From the NCBI GenBank assembly GCA_963796285.1, contig CAWCKW010000012.1, forward strand, positions 1,952,001 through 2,016,000: a stretch of DNA of 64,000 nucleotides, given 5' to 3'. This document shows, in pieces, positions 60,653 through 64,000 of the stretch (positions are counted from its first letter, which is position 1; every line of letters begins with the position of its first letter). The notes beneath the pieces were generated by a model. It worked only from the letters and a program-made list of their open reading frames with translations, was not told where the DNA came from and searched no databases. Source of the DNA: Nitrospirota bacterium. GTDB taxonomy: Bacteria; Nitrospirota; UBA9217. The position numbers and the translations under genes are program-made.

Positions 60653-61804
60653 GTGGATCTTTTTAGACGACTCAAGAACCGCCCAGACAGCGAACACCAA
60701 CAGGCGTTGTTGCGCGTAATCATCACCTGCCTGGCACTCGGGTATGCGGTAGCTATCTACGCAGGAGTTCGAGAAATCTCGATACTGCATGGTGTGTGGT
60801 TCATTAGCGGATTTTTTATCATTGCATGCGCTATCCTGATGATGATTTTCATACATCCTGGAGCGTCCCCGGTACGCCGCAGCATTGGGATGATATTCGA
60901 TTTTACGGGTGTAGCGGTGGTGTTGCATCTTCTTGGCCAGACGGGCCTTGTGTTCATCTTTATTTATTTATGGATCATCTTGGGCAATGGTCTGCGCTAC
61001 GGTAAACGTTCCCTCTTTGAGTCGATGCTTCTGGGTGTCGTTTCATATTTGCTCATGGTGGCCAATACTCCCTATTGGCGCAACGACCTCTATTTGGCGT
61101 TGGGATATCTTTTCTGCATGATCGTATTGCCGCTGTATTTTTATTCGATGCTTAAGAAACTCAATGCCTCCAATGCTGAGCTGGCGAAACTCGCAGACAA
61201 GCTCCATATAATAGCAATGCATGACTCACTGACCGGCTTACCCAACAGGGCTTTCTTCCAGGAATCGCTGGAACATGCGCTGTCCATGGCGCAGAGGCGT
61301 CATGAGAGATTGGCGGTGTTATTTATCGATCTGGACGGATTTAAAAAGATCAACGACACGCATGGACACCTGTCCGGCGACGTCGTGTTGAAAACCATTG
61401 CAAGCCGGTTGCTGGCGCTTGTGCGCAAGAGCGATCTGGTGGCCCGTTTCGCCGGAGATGAGTTCATGGTGCTGCTCAACAACGCTAATCAAAAGAAAGT
61501 GAATATTGTGGCCCATAAATTAATAAGCGAGATCAGCGCATCGATTGTCATTGCGGACCGCACGCTGGCAGTGACCGCCAGTATCGGTATCGCTGTTTAT
61601 CCGGAATCCGGCACGACCGCCGCTGATATCATGGCCAAGGCGGATATGGCAATGTATCATTGCAAGCAGCAAGGGAAAAACCGCATGATGGTCGATGGCG
61701 CTGCTGAATCAGTATCGGCGGAGGCGGTTATCGCGAGCGACGTCTTTGGAGATGTTGGTTCCAGCAGTGCATATCGTTGCCAGGCAGGGAACCATAGACA
61801 ATAA
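60653..61804 (+). CDS. Multi-TM GGDEF-domain protein (AGDEF variant) with an RpfC-like N-terminal sensor
   Basis: RLKNRPDSEHQQALLR, about five TM helices, LGNGLRYG, HDSLTGLPNR, RKSD I-site, RFAGDEF. Confidence 0.88.
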   Translation: MDLFRRLKNRPDSEHQQALLRVIITCLALGYAVAIYAGVREISILHGVWFISGFFIIACAILMMIFIHPGASPVRRSIGMIFDFTGVAVVLHLLGQTGLVFIFIYLWIILGNGLRYGKRSLFESMLLGVVSYLLMVANTPYWRNDLYLALGYLFCMIVLPLYFYSMLKKLNASNAELAKLADKLHIIAMHDSLTGLPNRAFFQESLEHALSMAQRRHERLAVLFIDLDGFKKINDTHGHLSGDVVLKTIASRLLALVRKSDLVARFAGDEFMVLLNNANQKKVNIVAHKLISEISASIVIADRTLAVTASIGIAVYPESGTTAADIMAKADMAMYHCKQQGKNRMMVDGAAESVSAEAVIASDVFGDVGSSSAYRCQAGNHRQ

Positions 61805-62097
61805 ACGAGTGGATGCGAACATGCCGCGGCAACCCGCTGTCCACGAGAAGGCGGAAATGCTCAATGGATAAAACGGTTCACCAATGACCATAATCTTGAG
61901 GGGTGACCGGTGCCATGAAGACTGACACCGAAACCGAATGAAACTGCTGCAATGGTATGGATGAAGATAACGAAAAGGCCCGGCGAGAAAAGTTAGGTTT
62001 GAACTGACAACTATAAATTAAGAACTAAGAACGCATTCATCTTGTTTCGACCGTGCCATATAAATGGGGTGACACTGAGATGTTCCAAGCGGTTCCC

Positions 62098-62418
62098 TCA
62101 TTTGCTTTTCTTGCGTCCTTTCTCAATATCATGCCGCATGATCGAGAAACCCAGAGGAGTCAACGCCTCCTCCTTTTTTACAAGGGCCATAAAGTCGCAT
62201 TTACTGCAGTCTTTCAGCTTTGCTGCATACGTTCCCTGGATCTTTCCGCCGCAGAATGAGCCCACAACTGCCCAGCATGCCCTCCCCGCGCCGATCCCGC
62301 CATGAGCGCCGTCCAGCTCCTCCGCGATGGTCACCGGGCACGTTCCAAGCTCCTTTTCCTTCCGTCCACCAGGCTGCCGTTCACAATGCATGAATTCCCA
62401 GCAATTCAGTTTTTTCAT
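62098..62418 (-). CDS. Stand-alone two-CW domain protein
   Basis: NCWEFMHC...CP...RACWAVVGSFCGGKIQG...DCSKCDF; GGAGG RBS. Confidence 0.85.
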   Translation of the reverse strand: MKKLNCWEFMHCERQPGGRKEKELGTCPVTIAEELDGAHGGIGAGRACWAVVGSFCGGKIQGTYAAKLKDCSKCDFMALVKKEEALTPLGFSIMRHDIEKGRKKSK

Positions 62419-62508
62419 AACGACCTCCCTTTGCCTGATCAGACGCTCTCCCCGCCGGGGCGAGGACTACGGAGGGGCACGGCAGTAACGAAGGTTACGC
62501 CATTTGTC

Positions 62509-64000
62509 TTAAGCTGTTCTTTCCTTCAGCTTTTTTGCCATTTGGAAAAAATCGCACTTTCTGCAGTCCTCGTATTTCTGCGCAAAGGTGCCCTGCACCT
62601 TGCCCTGACAGAACGTTCCTGCCACTACCCAGCAGCCCCTCCCGAAGTTCGGATAGGCGGGGCACTTCGCGGTCGCGTCCTTTTCCCTGCCGCATTTCAT
62701 ATATTCCCAGCATTGTAGTGCCCCCGACTTGTCGTCGCTCTGAAGCGGAAAATAGAGACTGAAGAGGGAACCTTTACCCTGTACGCTCTCCGCTTTAACG
62801 AAACCGCCGTGCTCTTCAATGATCTTTCTCGTTATGGCAAGCCCCAGGCTGGTCCCGTGGCTGATCGTTTTGGACGAATAGAACGGCTCGAAGATCAGCG
62901 ACAGGATGTCCCGGCTCATGCCCTGCCCCGTGTCGGATACCTGCACAACGACATAACGCACGTCGTGAAGCTCTTCGGTCCCTGCGGTTATCTTCAGGGT
63001 CCCGCCGCGGGGCATGGCGTCGATCGCATTGGCGATCAGATTGGTGAGCGCCTGTTTGACCTGGTCCCTGTCGATCAGGACCGGAGGAAGGTCTTTTTCC
63101 ATCAGGACCTCCACGGCGATCGATAGCTCGGCGCAGATCGCTTCATGCGCGTTCACGACCTCATACAAGAATTCCCCGACCAGGTGCTTTTCCAGATGGA
63201 GCCGCGCGTCCCGTGAGAAGGTCAGCACATCTCTCAATATTTTTTCGAGCCGGTCGACCTCGGTCACGATGATCTCGGCGCGCGCCCGCTCCTTTTCTCC
63301 CGAGGCGCTCTTCTGAAGCCTGCGCGCAAAGCCACCGATGGCCGTGAGGGGGTTCCGTATTTCGTGCGCCACGTCGGCGGTAAGCCTTCCGAGCGCCGCG
63401 AGCTTTTCCGCCTGGATAAGGTTATCCCGGGAACCCTTCAGCTCCTTCGTCTTGCTTGCCACTTCCCGCTCGAGGGTCTCCGTCCACGCCTCCATTTTTT
63501 CTCTCGTTCCCCTGAGCTCCCCGGTCATGTCGTTGAACGTATGGACGAGCCTGCCCAGTTCGTCATCCGAAGACGCTACCGCGGTCCGGCCGAGGTCTCC
63601 CTGCCCAACTGCTCCCATGGCATCCGAGAGGCTTGTTACGGGTTTCAGCACGAATTTGCGGAGAACGACATAGAGAATGACGGAGACCACGAACATAAAG
63701 GAGATGGCATAGACCGTGGTATGAAGCGTTTGCTCGCGGATGTCCCGGTCAACGGTGGCAAGGGAAAAATCGGATTCCAGGATACCGAGCACCCGCTGGG
63801 ACGGGGCATGGACATGGCAGGCCGCGCGCGAGCAGGATGGTTCGTTGTAGATCGGCTCGACAAAGAACAGCATGTCGTATCCCTCTTTGCCGACACTGGT
63901 CGTCCATTGGGTCTCTTTGGCCAGCGTTCCCGACGGGCTTCCAGGACCAGCATGACAGCCGATGCAGTCAGGGGCGCTCCGGTCGACCTGCTTCCCGATA
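62509..64000 (-). CDS. HAMP histidine kinase with heme-c motifs in the sensor domain and a C-terminal two-CW domain (5' end outside the window)
   Basis: Frame open to the window edge: CIGCH and [21 protein letters not shown], HATPase, then CWEYMKC...CP...CW...C...CRKC. Confidence 0.9.
   Translation of the reverse strand, partial: IGKQVDRSAPDCIGCHAGPGSPSGTLAKETQWTTSVGKEGYDMLFFVEPIYNEPSCSRAACHVHAPSQRVLGILESDFSLATVDRDIREQTLHTTVYAISFMFVVSVILYVVLRKFVLKPVTSLSDAMGAVGQGDLGRTAVASSDDELGRLVHTFNDMTGELRGTREKMEAWTETLEREVASKTKELKGSRDNLIQAEKLAALGRLTADVAHEIRNPLTAIGGFARRLQKSASGEKERARAEIIVTEVDRLEKILRDVLTFSRDARLHLEKHLVGEFLYEVVNAHEAICAELSIAVEVLMEKDLPPVLIDRDQVKQALTNLIANAIDAMPRGGTLKITAGTEELHDVRYVVVQVSDTGQGMSRDILSLIFEPFYSSKTISHGTSLGLAITRKIIEEHGGFVKAESVQGKGSLFSLYFPLQSDDKSGALQCWEYMKCGREKDATAKCPAYPNFGRGCWVVAGTFCQGKVQGTFAQKYEDCRKCDFFQMAKKLKERTA

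Overview
A 64 kb chromosomal, mostly minus-strand window from a GC-rich anaerobe. Gene content suggests Nitrospirota (Thermodesulfovibrionia-like) or Desulfobacterota; this is inference. It holds a three-gene split glutamate synthase, tolQRAB without pal, two moeA genes, trxB, two heat-shock blocks (dnaJ-hspR-clpB behind a consensus sigma70 promoter with a HAIR-like site, and hsp20 / hrcA-grpE-dnaK-dnaJ, each with a perfect CIRCE), a long Lhr helicase and many signalling genes (three GGDEF proteins, three histidine kinases). I saw no rRNA, tRNA, CRISPR array, integrase or transposase. The best leads are an RpfC-type membrane sensor fused to an AGDEF cyclase domain, a c-type-heme histidine kinase with a Cys/Trp-rich tail beside a stand-alone copy of that tail, a divergent RelA/SpoT-fold nucleotidyltransferase, an 83-bp tandem duplication at the glutamate synthase gene overlap that creates a chimeric 34-aa mini-ORF, recurring heptamer-repeat palindromes between genes, and an unannotated 57-aa CQLGCF protein. 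Several genes carry short indel frameshifts that may be assembly errors. All family names are from motif recognition, not from searches.
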